Assembly: GCA_030141605.1 (NCBI GenBank) | Contig: JAQGDQ010000080.1 | Location: 124,001-188,000 of the forward strand | Reading direction: 5' to 3' | Source: Tubiluchus corallicola | Taxonomy: Eukaryota; Animalia; Priapulida | DNA length: 64,000 nt | Shown: positions 29,501-42,900 of the stretch, piece by piece | Position numbering within the stretch: the first letter of the stretch is position 1 | Layout of the letters: every line of letters starts with the position of its first letter | Notes under the pieces: generated by a model | What the model saw: only the letters and a program-made list of their open reading frames with translations | The model's database searches: none | Told to the model about the DNA's origin: nothing | Position numbers and translations under genes: made by a program

Positions 29501-31894
29501 TCTTTAAAAAAAATAGCATGCTATATCAGTTTACAATACTTATTATACACATAGTTTGTTTTAAATATTAAACCCAAATTGTCCTCGAAATCTTTCGTAA
29601 CAACTTTACTCAGGTCCATCATATAAATACATATAAATAAGACCATGTTAGGCCTTGATCGCACATGTGCGCCAGAATCAACATTAACCTAACATTAATC
29701 TTATAAATGAGTTGTTCGTGCAAGAAATGACAACCCTATAATGGGATTCAACAAATCCCAGAACGTACATTAGATTTGTTTTGCAGACTTATTCTCAAGC
29801 TTCTGTCTGTTCAATAAGACACAGAGGTTTTGTCCTGGCATGCACTAAAACCATATCAAATTGCGCGGAGCAGGATGGTGACCACTAAGCCGGATTTACC
29901 ACAAGGAACGGACTGGGCATGGAATTTCAGAACGTATTTAGCCGTCGGTGAGTGACCAAACTGACCATTCACTAACTATATGTGTATACTGCTGCAGTGG
30001 TATACGCTGTCAATTAGTAACTCAGTCACTGACCTAAGCGTCGAAAGCTGGAAAACTGGATTACTAGTAGCTACACTCATGATAAATCTTGGCTTTGCTT
30101 GCTGGAATTATATTTTCAAAATGAGCTTTAAATACAATATACATACTTGCTTCAGCAGTTCCACGTTTTGATGTGACCATTGCTCTCTACAGAATGAGCA
30201 TGTAAGTACAATAAGGTAAAATGAAATGAAACAAAATAATAACATGATATAGGTTATCAGAAAAAGTCATTGAGTCACAAATTTTTGTTTCTTTGCTTAG
30301 TTTGGTGATGACTTTTGGGTGACTTTTGAATTCATCATGGAATGTCACATGTGTCAGACTCCCACTGTAGCAAAAATATTACGGTTTTTTAGTTGATGAT
30401 CTTCAAAATAGATAATCTGTGACATTACGTCGGTGACATAAGCGCTTGCAGGTTGCAATTGTGTGTTTTTAAAATCGACCTAAAATAAATGTTTATCTTA
30501 TGTTATCTTAAGTGTGCCTTTTTCGGCGATAATTTACGCGTCCACAAGTAGGTATTGTTTACGTCACCGACTCCCTCTCACTCGAAGTTTTTCTTTTTGT
30601 ACACATTTTCTATTGCGACTTATTGGTGACTTCTGACCTCTTTTAGTGCCCAGACGTTCTCCTGCTCTTCATTTGCTGTGTTTTAGACACATGCACCTTT
30701 TAACCTTGAATTTCAAGAAATTTAATAGCGATCATCGCAACATTGGTTGATACCAAGTTACCAACAGCAAAAGCACTATACTGAAATCACTAACAACATG
30801 TCATTGCTAAGCGCAATGCAACAACATGATAACAGCGAAGGACTAGTAAGAAAAGTTTATTCTTTCTATCTCGAGACTCGCGAATGACCTGACCAGATTT
30901 AAGTTTATTGTAACCTTTTGCAGTGGAAAAAAGCCATCATGAAGGGCAACTGGTTTAAAAAGCCAGGAATGAAATACTGGTGTAGGAAAGAAATATAGGC
31001 AATTTTATTGACTACATAGGCGAGATATAATTTGTCCGGCGCTATACAATTTAAATAATATGAAAGATATCGGAGGTTATTTTTGCAGACAAATGTATAC
31101 TAACTATGACGAACGATTGACACTGTGGTAATGTAATACAAATACTCACATTGGATTTGATATGTTCCAGTATATTGGTGGCAGGAAAGAGCTTTTCACA
31201 GATTCCAATCCAGTAATCTTGCCAAAAATGAACAGAATGGTTAGTGTCAGTATACGATATAGGCCGAGCGGTGGCATAGTTATCTTGTCCATAAACATCT
31301 TTGGTTAACGTAACTTCTCAGTAATTATAGGCTCGAGTTTGTAATGCACCCTGGTGCTCAATATAGAATTGTGTTCAGTGGCGTAACAAGTTCTTAGTGG
31401 CGAATAAAATTAAGTAACTTGCACCGAGTCGCGTACTAAGTCCCCGACAACATTTTTTTATAATAATCCTAACAGCATTATCTAGGGTTAATTCAGACTA
31501 CGCACGTATGACACTTCATAAGCAAATAATAATTTCAGCAGCTGCTTTGCACACTGTATTGCAAATTAGTTACTAAGTAAACACTAGCTAAAGGTGTTAG
31601 AAACGTGAATTAACTTCAAGACGTAAATGCCAACGCCTCACGCAAGCTTTCCATCGCCGTCTGCTACTGATGCGGAAAGTGGGGACTGTCAGGTGCTCAC
31701 CGCTTTAGAGGTGGCGCTGTGGCTTGTCAATATTTGTGCACGTGACCACGAACAGGCGGGTCTATGACTCTGTACTGCTGATCTACTATTATAAGTAATG
31801 CAACGACTGTGATTGAAGTCTGTTCTCAAAAATGCCGACTTCGCTAGTTGCATCCCAACAGTTATAATTTTAAAACTATATATAATCTCACCAG

Positions 31895-32283
31895 CTATCG
31901 TTTTGCTAGTGCATCATTTCGTCAGTCTATCTTTTCGCCGGTGCTTCATTTCGCTAGTCTGTCTTTTTGTCAGTACACTATTTCACCAGTCTATCGTTGC
32001 GCTAGCTTATTGTATCGTCATGTATCATTTCGCCAGTTTATCCTTTCACTAATACGTAATTTCTCCATTGGATATTAGAAATAGTACAACACATATTTAA
32101 ACAGTGCTACACTTTGCCAGTGCATCATTTCGCCAGTGTATTATTCCGTCAGTTGTAGTTAGAAATTATAATAAGAAATACTGTAGTGAAATACATGTAA
32201 ATAGTGTACTTCGTCATGGTTATTGGGAATAGTGCAATAAGCATTTAAATAATACGACACTTTCCGTATGCACTACTTCGCCA
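31895..32283 (+). repeat. 16-bp minisatellite (consensus about ATCATTTCGCCAGT) in three clusters
   Basis: At least 7 contiguous units from 31895, with further units near 32107-32152 and 32260-32283. Confidence 0.8.
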
Positions 32284-32749
32284 TATCCAGATTAGTGTAG
32301 CAGCCCTTGGCGGGTGACAGCTGTGTGGCACATTGTTGGGTAGACAATTGATTGGACTATCGTCACCTGCTGCCATCTGAGTAGGCGGTTGCTAGTCTGG
32401 AGTAGGCCTAATAGTTTATTGACTTGATATGCCTAGTGCAGGCCTTTACTGTGTGCCACCCATACACTTAAGGATTGACCTTCTAGGAAGATATAGTTCT
32501 CGAAGACAGTGTAAGTTATTTGGATACTGTTTATCGCCTAAGAACTGTAAATCTTATTAAGACGAAATTTTACCAGTGGATAGCTAGAATACCGGACATC
32601 ACTGGCCATTAACTAGAAGTATTCCATTATTTGGCAGCAGGAGGAATAAAAGCCTCATTATGTCATTTGCGTAGAAGACGGAAATAGCCATCTTGAACAG
32701 CCGTTTGCCTATAAAACAAGAACCGCTGCCTGGCTAGTAGATAACCAGT

Positions 32750-32751
32750 AA

Positions 32752-32788
<37 letters not shown>

Positions 32789-32862
32789 GCTACTACTACT
32801 ACTACTGCTACTGCTACTGCCTACTGCTACTGCCTACTGCTGCTGCTGCTGCTTCTGCTGCT
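32750..32862 (+). repeat. Compound (TAC)n/(TGC)n microsatellite
   Basis: Read directly from the sequence. Confidence 0.95.
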
Positions 32863-32964
32863 AATAATCTTTATTTAAAGTCGGCTTTTAGGATGAATAA
32901 TTAGCATAAGCTCCAAAGAGCTTTTGGGCCGACTGTAAATAACAGTCTACAACTACGTAACTGA

Positions 32965-33120
32965 GACTATTATTACCCCACTTTTATCCTAAATACCACG
33001 CTCCAGGCAGGGCAACAGTAGGCACCATTTTAAGTCTTTGGTATTACCCGGCCGCTTTATCGAACTCACAACCTTTCAGACGGAAAGTGGGTGCGTTACC
33101 ATTAGACTAAACTGTCTGGT
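32965..33120 (-). mobile_element. tRNA-derived SINE (MetaSINE-like central domain)
   Basis: The minus strand reads A-box-like TAGTCTAATGG, B-box-like GAGTTCGATA, then CCGGGTAATACCAAAGACTTAAAATGGTGCCTACTG. The family name is from memory of the Meta-domain consensus and is unverified. Confidence 0.65.
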
Positions 33121-34314
33121 GGACATTACTAACCATTAATAAGACGTTGTAACCCCGTATTATTTGGCCGCAACGAAAATAAAATACTCACTAACCAATA
33201 CTTCAGTGACCTGTTAGGTCAGCATCACGCGCCTTGGAGGGCTCAAGAGGGTAAATATAGCTCATGCAGAAAAGGTGAAGTTCTTATAGATTAAAAAGGT
33301 TAAAAACTAAGCACAGCTTGTGACCAGGACCTTTTGTACAGTGGGCGCCAAAAAAAAACTTTATACATGCATGACGTTTTTAGGCTCATAACTCTGGCGG
33401 GTTGACCACCAATGACCAGTGATCACAGTGCCAGGTAACCTTAACTTTCCTACATGCACAACAAATTTAGTCACGTAGGGCTTTCTAATTTTTGAGTTAA
33501 GTTTTTTTTCGGAAACCAAGCATCGTAGAACGAAAAGAACACCAGATTCTAAATGCTTCCATTTTGGGTATCTACAGTCCTGCTTATCGCCACTTTCTGG
33601 CTGAACGAAACCCGACTCGCAATTTAGTTTTTTGACATGGCTGATATGATATTGGCGCATCTGATTTTACGTTTCACGGGAAATGATCGATGTATGCAAA
33701 GTTTCTGTTCGATTTATACCTTCTGTTCACAAAGGATTTAAAAGAAACCATATATTAAATATGGAATTGATCAAGGTACTGGACTGCAAAAAAAAAAAAC
33801 AGCTGAAACATGGTAACCATTCTTAGGTACTGTGTGGCACAGGGTAAGATATACAATTCAATAGATTATCACCGATAGCCGCCACTTTGGCAAGTAACAA
33901 ATTCTGCCCTAGCAAAGTGACATACAGTCCTCAAAAACACCAAATGTTATGTTCCTAGTTAATGTAGCAGTGTCAAATTAGCAAAAATTCACACTGTTTG
34001 CAAATGAATTTTTGTATTAATAAATGCAATTAAAGCTAGACGACAACGTTCCATAGATATTAGTACTAATAAGTTTAAATCTAAGTCAATAAAAAAATTC
34101 AAACCGTTCAACTGTGACTGTAGTGATTTATTTATTGTTTTGAATCTAACAAGCAGTAAAAGGAGCACAGAGAATACAAAAAAAAACTTGAATAAGATCT
34201 AAAAATGAAAGTACTTTTTAGAGCACCAATTACAATAATTAATAAAAATAAACAATCATGGTAAATATTATTTATTTTTATTGTTAGCACTTAGTGAAGG
34301 TTTGCTACATTCAT

Positions 34315-34649
34315 ATTATATCTACTGAAATTAAACCAAGACTGTCGCAAATTAACTAAAAAGAATCAACAATCATGACATTTTAAGAGCAAATTATCAA
34401 AATAAATATTGATAATGCAACAAAGCCAGTTTAGGAGTTTAATACTGTACATCATATTTCGTGAAAAGGGTATATAATGTCTATAAAATATATAATGTCA
34501 ATTATATCTACTGAAATTAAACCAAGACTGTCGCAAATTAACTAAAAAGAATCAACAATCATGACATTTTAAGAGCAAATTATCAAAATAAATAAATTTA
34601 ATACTGTACATCATATTTCGTGAAAAGGGTATATAATGTCTATAAAAAT
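34315..34649 (+). repeat. Tandem duplication (about 186-bp unit, second copy internally deleted) downstream of the SMPD1 stop
   Basis: ATTATATCTACTGAAATTAAACCAAG...GGGTATATAATGTCTATAAAA at 34315 and 34501. Confidence 0.9.
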
Positions 34650-35779
34650 GCTAAGGATAGACTTTCCAAATACGTATTTAAGTCGTACAGTATTAACAAA
34701 GTACTGTACTAACTATTAAGCACTTTAAGAAAATCTTAATATGTCACAGATATCAACTTGTTAACATATACCGATTTCGTGACTGTCGTTGTTCACTACA
34801 GAAATCAAAATTACACGAAATGCACAGAGAAAATCATTTATCGCTGCAGACTAGCTGGATAAAATAGAAAAAAATTCAACCTTCAACTATAAACTAAACA
34901 AACTTGACAGCTGTCTCATGACATGTGTTTCACAAACTTTAACAACATTTACCAACACAAATAACATGTAAATTGCATAATAAAAACCGTTTATACCATT
35001 ACTTATCGTTAGATAAATATTAACAAACAGATCTGTTCTCAAGTGATGCATATATTAATACATAAATTATTTACACAGTTCCACAAGTGCACATACATTT
35101 CAAAATTCGATTTTTAATTACTGACGAAATTGATTATTATTCAGCAGCTAAGCAAGAAATTGTAATTGACATCTTTGCAAATGTAAAGTTTCAAATAATG
35201 TATACTATATTATTACAGTTGACAAACTTTTCAAATATTAAAATTTAGTAAGATACAAACTACAATGCTTCAGCAAACAATTACATAAGTTAAATTTTTA
35301 TTATCACAGCAGCTAACAGTATAATTTATTAGGCTGTTACAAACTATAAGCAAATCAACAACGTTTAGTTTGTTTTATCGAAACTACGCTAATAAATAAA
35401 TACAAGCACTGGCAAAAGCCATTGGCCAAAAACTGAAAAATTACACACTCATCTGAAAGCTGCACAGTTGCCGTCCACAACCTGAGTTTATCAATCACTG
35501 CTATAATATTATCATTATCACACTTACATAACTCAAGAGAACTGATTGGTAATTAACTCCCAGTTTGTTGGCACAAAAAAACTTTTTTACAACTTAGGCT
35601 AAATATACAAAATATTTTTTACAGTCAAAAAGGTCGTGGGTGTAAAACTGAAAACTGAGAGGATTTAATTACTAAGGAAAAGTGGCTTAATGAATATAAA
35701 GAATGTCAAAGAAATGCAAAACTGATTCAAAATTGTAGTGAAAAGCAAAACTAAAATTAGGCAAGCAAAATTCCAAAGG

Positions 35780-35912
35780 TCACTGATGTTCATTTCCTTT
35801 TGTTTTTGAACAAAGGTGAGCTTGATCATAAGATTTACCAGATCGTAGCAAACACAGTTCATTCTTCTTACAGGTTTCGTCACAATCAGGTGGTTGCAAT
35901 TTGTAACTGTAT
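35780..35912 (-). CDS. SMPD1: SMPD1-like terminal coding exon 9
   Basis: tttttag|(R)YSYKLQPPDCDETCKKNELCLLRSGKSYDQAHLCSKTKGNEHQ*; the four-Cys pattern matches the ASM C-terminal domain. Confidence 0.88.
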
Positions 35913-36956
35913 CTAAAAAAAGTTGAAATTGTTACTCGAGTAATTAGTGCTGGCACCTATAGGCGAAATATATACTTATCAGAAGTTATCAATGATTTAC
36001 AATGCCAAATAATAGAGCTCAAATGAATCTAAATGACTCTCATATAAAAATTACAGCAAGATAACATTATAGAACAAACAAATGCAAAAGATTTGAGAAA
36101 AAAATTGCAGTTTATCATAGTAGTAAATTGCGATACAATAACAGCAGAGTTCTAATTTCAGTTTGATTGCTCCACATGTAAACAAAATGTATAAAGCAGA
36201 AAAAATTTAGAAATGAATTTAAACAAATCAAAACATAGGAATTCAGCATGAATAATGGCACTCACTCTCTAATCCCTTGCTTCCGAATGAAAAAGATTTA
36301 GCAAAGCATGTCTTTTTTGCCAACTGATTTTTATAACTTGTAAAAAATTACAACATCGCAATAGAAAATTAGATTGAGCAAGTGTGAGTTCAGGGTACCT
36401 AGCTATTTTAGTTTAACAGTGTCTACATATCAGGTGCTTCATTCCAGGTCTAGAGTTTAAAAACCCACCCAATCACAAATTGTTAAAATAGTAGTCTCTA
36501 ACTCAAGTTTGAATAAAATAATAAAATAGAAAGAAAACAACAAAAACACAGGAATTTCAAAATCGAACCTGTAAAATTTCTGGAACAGCTCATCATCGGT
36601 CTCCATTCTAACAATGAGTTCATTCCAATCAGTGGGAAGGAGGCTCTTCATCTGATAAGCATTCTTGGCTGTATACTCATCTAACCACCTGAATTTATCT
36701 GTGAGATTTATATCAGTTAGATTGAGCACATGTGTTTTGTGGTCCAGCACAACATGCGTGCTGTCTTCGTAGTCACCATCGATATTGTATATTCTATAGG
36801 CTAAATTCATGTTGGGATACGTAGTAACACTTGGAGCGATGTATGCGATACTTGTAGCACGACTATTATCTTCCACATCATAAAAAACCTCAAAGTGGTC
36901 TCGATGAGTATGTCCAAAAAACTGTGCTCTTACAGTACTTTCATATCTGAAATAAA

Positions 36957-36995
<39 letters not shown>

Positions 36996-39900
36996 AGAAT
37001 CAGTTTCTTGGCTCTTTAAAAGCAACACTAACATTGGCTTTTAAGGAAGACAAAAATCTTGAAAATCTCAAAAGCAGTGCATTATATTGGAATTATATTG
37101 ATTTGCCTCAAGTCAATTTATATCTGTTAATCCGTATTGTTGCAATAAATATGAAGAGGATTGCTGCTCTATAGCTCGAGGAAGAGAAGTTTGTGAAAGT
37201 AACCTATAGTAGCTTTCCTGTATAAGATTTTCATAAGTTTAAAATGTGTCCAATAAGGGTGCACGGGGTTCGTATTTGCCACACTACTAAGGCAAAAGCT
37301 ATTGAAAACCTACAAATGTCTCATGAAGTGTAAACAAATATCTTTAGTTCTTTAGTCTGTAGTATTGGTACCAAATTTTGAGAAAACTGTCACTGTGCAT
37401 TTGGAAAGCAGAGGCTTTATAAGGCATCTATAACACCAACCAAAGATTGAACTCTCCGATTCCATCAGGGCATGTTTTAGTAACTAAGCCTAAGGAGCGT
37501 CTTTTGCCACAAAGGCCCAAAAGTGGGAGTTCTTTGCTCGTAGTTCACTGAGTTGCCAACATAGGAAAAACAAAGCATTAACAAGAAAAGTTTACATAAA
37601 GAAACATTTTTCAATGTATGAACAGTTCAGCATGAGGGAACTGTAGTAAGAAATTAAATATACAGTAACTCCTTGCTTAACAATGCTAATGTGTTCCAAC
37701 AAAATGCGATGTTAAGCAAAACATCGTTAAACAAAACCAAAACTTCCATAGGAAGTAATGTAAACGAAATGTGATACGTTCCAGAATCAAAAATCAATTC
37801 ATCAATGCTGCATAAATCGTATAAATTAACATATACATATTCATATTCATATTTCTACAGATTAATTTCTTTCTGTTTGCTTGAAATCACCTATCTTTCT
37901 TATCAGTATCTAGCTAGACTTGCTGTTTAAACACAGCGTGTTAAAAACTACATAGTGAAAGCCAAGATCTGCATGGAGTGACTTTGAGACAATTTCATGT
38001 AGTACTAATCTGGCTGTTATAGCAACAGGTTACAGACAAAATTCCTTGGCATAAATTTAAACTTGGGCGTTGCTTGATACAAATGACTAGAATTTAGTAT
38101 GTAGTCAGTCGGGAAGCAAAAACATTATAATTGCACTATTTAGGCTACTAATGCATTTTTAGAACAGAATAATGCAGTATGTACCGTTTTAATGCTTCAA
38201 AATAGGTAAGAAAAGTTGATGACAAAATAAAAAATGGCTGAGCAAAGTAAAAAATTGTCATTAAAATGAAATGGTGAGTCACTAAGTGAGAAAAAGGCGT
38301 CAAATGTTCAGCATCGTTAAAACGAAACATCGTTAAATGGGGAGTCGTTAAGCGAGGACTTAATGTACGTCCACATACACATGCACATGCACACACAATG
38401 AAAGGTGTGCTAAATGGTTTCACAAACCTGTTGATTATTTTGTAGTAGTTAGCACTCCAAGCCTTCAAGCAGTCCGCATAACCAGGAGGAATGTGCCCAA
38501 TAATATGAACCTGAAAAGAAAGAAACATCTTACAAAACAGCTTACATGACTTGCTAAACTAGTCCTACATTTGTTCTACTTTTCTAAAATCGTACTTATG
38601 CTTTTTTAAAATGATTTGGCGATTAAGAAAGGTATTTTAATACCTTCTCTCCTTTATCTTCAGAAAGCTGCAGTTCTTTCATCAACCAATCAAGTTCAGA
38701 ATTTGGATCGGTCATATTAATCATAAGCCACCTATAATAAAGAATTCTAGAAACAACATAAAGATAAAAAGCTACACAAATCAAAACAATGTATTATATA
38801 GCAAGCAGTCCAGAGTACAGTTTAGTAATACTGGATTAAGAAACGACTTGGAAAAGATATTTGGAATATGAGTGAGTGGGGACACTCTGCACACAAATAA
38901 TAGAAACCAAATGAGACATGATCATATTTAAACTATTCTTTATTAATTCATACCAGTTCAATCGATTGCAGTAATTCATGTTCAGAGAGATAAGTTTTAG
39001 GTTAGCACCAATTTTTAAACTGTAAAAAGCACCATAACGAATTGTCTTGCTAGTGTTGTCTGGAAGCCATTCTTTGGTCCACGTCTCGGCTAGCTTATCG
39101 TACAACCAAACTATAGAATCTTTGCCTTGTACGTAATCCGGAGGAAAACTGTTCAAAAATAAGTAAGAACTTAGTAAGTAAGAAATGTAGGGATGTTAAA
39201 GACTACGATTATTGTATCGATATGAAAAATTCGTTTTCGTCATTATCGTATCAATTATATTCTAGGAATATCGTTGTCGCATCGAATTTTGCGCGTACCA
39301 TTGCATATCGTTTACCTTTATAAAACATTTTGCTTTTCCATTCATTTATAGAATAATTATGCAAAAAAGTGTACAAAAAGAATGATTTAAAATTATAAGC
39401 TAGTCAGACACCGAATCATTTTCTTTGTACATCATCTCAATTTTCTATTTTCGCCTAGCAATATCAGCTAGCTTCATTCTGATTTCTGAATGCACGGGTG
39501 GCAATACACTGTACCGCAAATCCTATACATGTGAACTTACACTCGTGACTCTGTCAGCCGTGACTGACTGTTTAGCAGAAATCATGGTTAAGAAACAGTA
39601 CAGGGAAATTATCAGAAGCATTTTACTTTTATTAGTGACGGTTCGAAGGTATTCACCATCTGTAAGTACTGCAAACGAATGTACACATATTACAACTCAA
39701 CTACAGCTGTAACTAGGTATTTGATAGAAGCAAACGTCAGTGATAATTATAATATAGATGTAGTTGCCAAATGGTTCGTTCAATCTGCCTGGTTTCTTAG
39801 TTCTTGCTCTACAAGCAACAAGCTGCTCTTGCAAAACTACCTATTTCAATGAGCACTTTGTATTTACGCAAAGTTCCTTCTTGAAGTTGTGGAAATTAAA

Positions 39901-42900
39901 CCAAGCAGAGATAAGTGATACTGAGAGCACATAATAATAATAATATAATTATGTTTTACAGCAGACTGATTATCAGTGACAGGTGTGGATTCTTGAAGTA
40001 TAGTAGCACTCTTATAGTAGTTGCCTATATTTGTGATGTGTATAGTGATACCATCTTAATCTGACAATATAAGTGTTGAATGTGAACACGTGTTAAAAAC
40101 AAAATATAATTATAGTTAGATATCATGCCTCTCTATTAAATTAACTAGCACCCATTGTATACAGCACTTAATAATTTAACTATTAATGATACTTTTTCTG
40201 TTGTTGCATAAATCGTCTAACTTCAGTATTTCTTTTTATTGCTCGAAATAATTTATCGTATCGTCTAGAAAATGAATTATCGTTATCATATCGTTGGAAA
40301 AAAGTGTCGTATCATATCATATCCCGCATAGCCAAATTTGTATCGTTTAACATTCCTAAAGAAATGTAGCTAATACAGTTTTCACTTTATGTTCTACCAA
40401 ACCACAATTAAATGACACGAAAATGTTTCACGTGCATGCTGTGATTTGAATTCAAATAGATAAAATACATAAAAAATGTTGAACGTAGGACATACTTTGT
40501 ACTTATAAAACTTCAAACAATGAATACTATTTTCCCTGCAGTACATTACTGCAAAAAATTCAAAAACGACAAGTAAAACATCTCATATATACATGAGATG
40601 ATAAGTTGGAATGTCAGGAAAATATATTTATGATGGGATTAATTACCTGTTCACTGGAACACTTTCATGATTTCCAAGTGCTGGATAAATTGGAATATCA
40701 GGAAAATACTCTAACATCAGAGATGTGACATTATGAATAATGTCGAGTTGTGAATCTTTCGTCTGTCTCCATACATCATGTGGTGGTATGTCACCCGTCC
40801 ATAATATATAATCAAACTACAAAATTTTAATTTCACAAATTTTTATTAGAAGTTATTAAGCCTGTTATAGTAGTACATACATTAAAATTCCTCTTACCAA
40901 CAACAGTCACTTCCAAAAAATGCATTCACTACTATTTAATTACGAATTAAAGAAACATCAAGCATTTGAATTATTGTCAAATGGCAGAAATGGAAATTGC
41001 TACGGTGGGTAAGATTTGACAGTCTCTATTTTGTATTTCAATTGCTGTGTTTTCAGGTGATAATAAATACCTGAATGAATTTGAAACAGTTCTGAAAACA
41101 CAGCATTGAAAGCTAATATTATAGAAAATTTAACCTTTTCATTGTCAGCTATGTGTTGAAGAACTTTCACCAAAGTCCAATAGGGAACATCGCAATTGCG
41201 ATAGTCACCCCATTTGCCAGCTCCACCACCTTCACCAGCTGGTTGACCTGCACGGCAGCATAATGGAGCTCCACAGTTTGCATTAGTGCCGGGCTCATAC
41301 AATGGATCGAAATGGAAATCTGTTAGATGTAATACTCTCTTCTGAGGGGCTGACGGCTAAGAAAATATTGTAAACAATAATATCAAAATGCTCACTGCAC
41401 GTTATTATTTGTAACAAAAACAAATTTTTTGAAACGCTTAGTGAATAACAAAAACAAATGTTAAAAACTCATGCATTCGTATATAGCACAAAAACAGTGA
41501 CATAAATGTTGTTTCCTGTTAACGAGTTTATTCCGAAAACAAAAGAATGTTAAATTAACAATTAATGTATTGCCCCATTGTATATATATCGGACACTATT
41601 TTTCATAAACCAGTCATTCAATTTTGTTTTTAGTTATTATTATATTTATTGAATTTACTAACATAACAATAAGATACTCCATCAAAAAGATTTTGCATAC
41701 AGGCTACCAGTATTAATTTATTATGCATATCAGAATGGTTAGAACCATATAGATACTGAACAAATGTACAAACTAAAAATTAAAAAAGTTTGAAAAAGCA
41801 ATATAAAAGTACAATAACTATTATTGTGGCTCCATTAACTAGCTGTGGAAAAAGACTTTGAATCAAATATTATTTAATTATTAAGTTAAATATTATTGGT
41901 ACCTTGGGTTGTGGAATAGGTACAATTGGAGGTTTAGGTGTTGGCAATAGATCGATCTGCCAGTTCTGCAATGGATCGTCTGATGGTGCGCAATCCGGTT
42001 CCACTATAACACCACAGATCTCCTTTGATGAAAGGTGTAAGTGTAATACAGCCATGATTTCATCCTACAAAAATCTTCTTTGTAAGCAAGTTATTTACTT
42101 TCAAAATATCGTGATTGTTAACCCAGTATCTGCAAGGATAGATGAGACAGTTTACATATATAAATCTAAAAAAGCAACTGTAATTTTAAATGTTGCTAAC
42201 CTGTTAGGAAATATGAATTTGTTCTTAATTCACTATACAGTAAGTCCTCGCTTAACAATGCTAATGCATTCCAGCAAAATGAGTCGTTAAGCAAAATGTC
42301 GCTAAACGAATCAATGCTTTCCATAATAAATAATGTAAAAGCACTCAGTTGTCTTCCAGGTGTAACAATAGCAGGCTATGTAAAAGCATTTATGTGCTTG
42401 CAGAAGAAGAAAAATCACTGAAGATTGGCTATGTAAAAGTTCAGTTATGTTCCAGGAGATTATGCAATACACCGTTTGGTTAGGTTTATTGCTTACAGTT
42501 CCAAATTACCTATACGTTTAATTAAAATTTAGTTATGCCGAGTAACTAATGTGTGAAAACTAAAATCTAAATTTGAAACATAGGCATCTTGTAGTTTCTT
42601 TCCTTTAGCTACTTTTCCTCCTTTTCTTTCTCCTTTTGCTTTTTCACAAAAAGTTTAGGGTGGGTTGCTTATACTTTTTCAGCCAGCATTTCCTTATAAC
42701 AATACAAGTTTGCTACATCCCGTCTTATTTTCGAGTTGCGTTCTCTATTGGGGTGGTTTTTCAGTGTTGTCTTTGTGACAGATAAAATGCAACTAAGGGG
42801 AAGGCTCAACCAGAGGAATTTTATCTAAATGAGGGAAAGCCATGAATTATGGTAGTGTCTGACCTGCCCGCTATCAGAGTTAATACTCAGGTTTAATACA

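Noticed and set aside
31895-32283. CRISPR-like array
   Set aside because: Units are contiguous, degenerate 16-mers without unique spacers; the context is eukaryotic and there are no cas genes.
41904-42290. 128-aa plus-strand ORF
   Set aside because: Antisense shadow of SMPD1 exon 2 running into a MITE.
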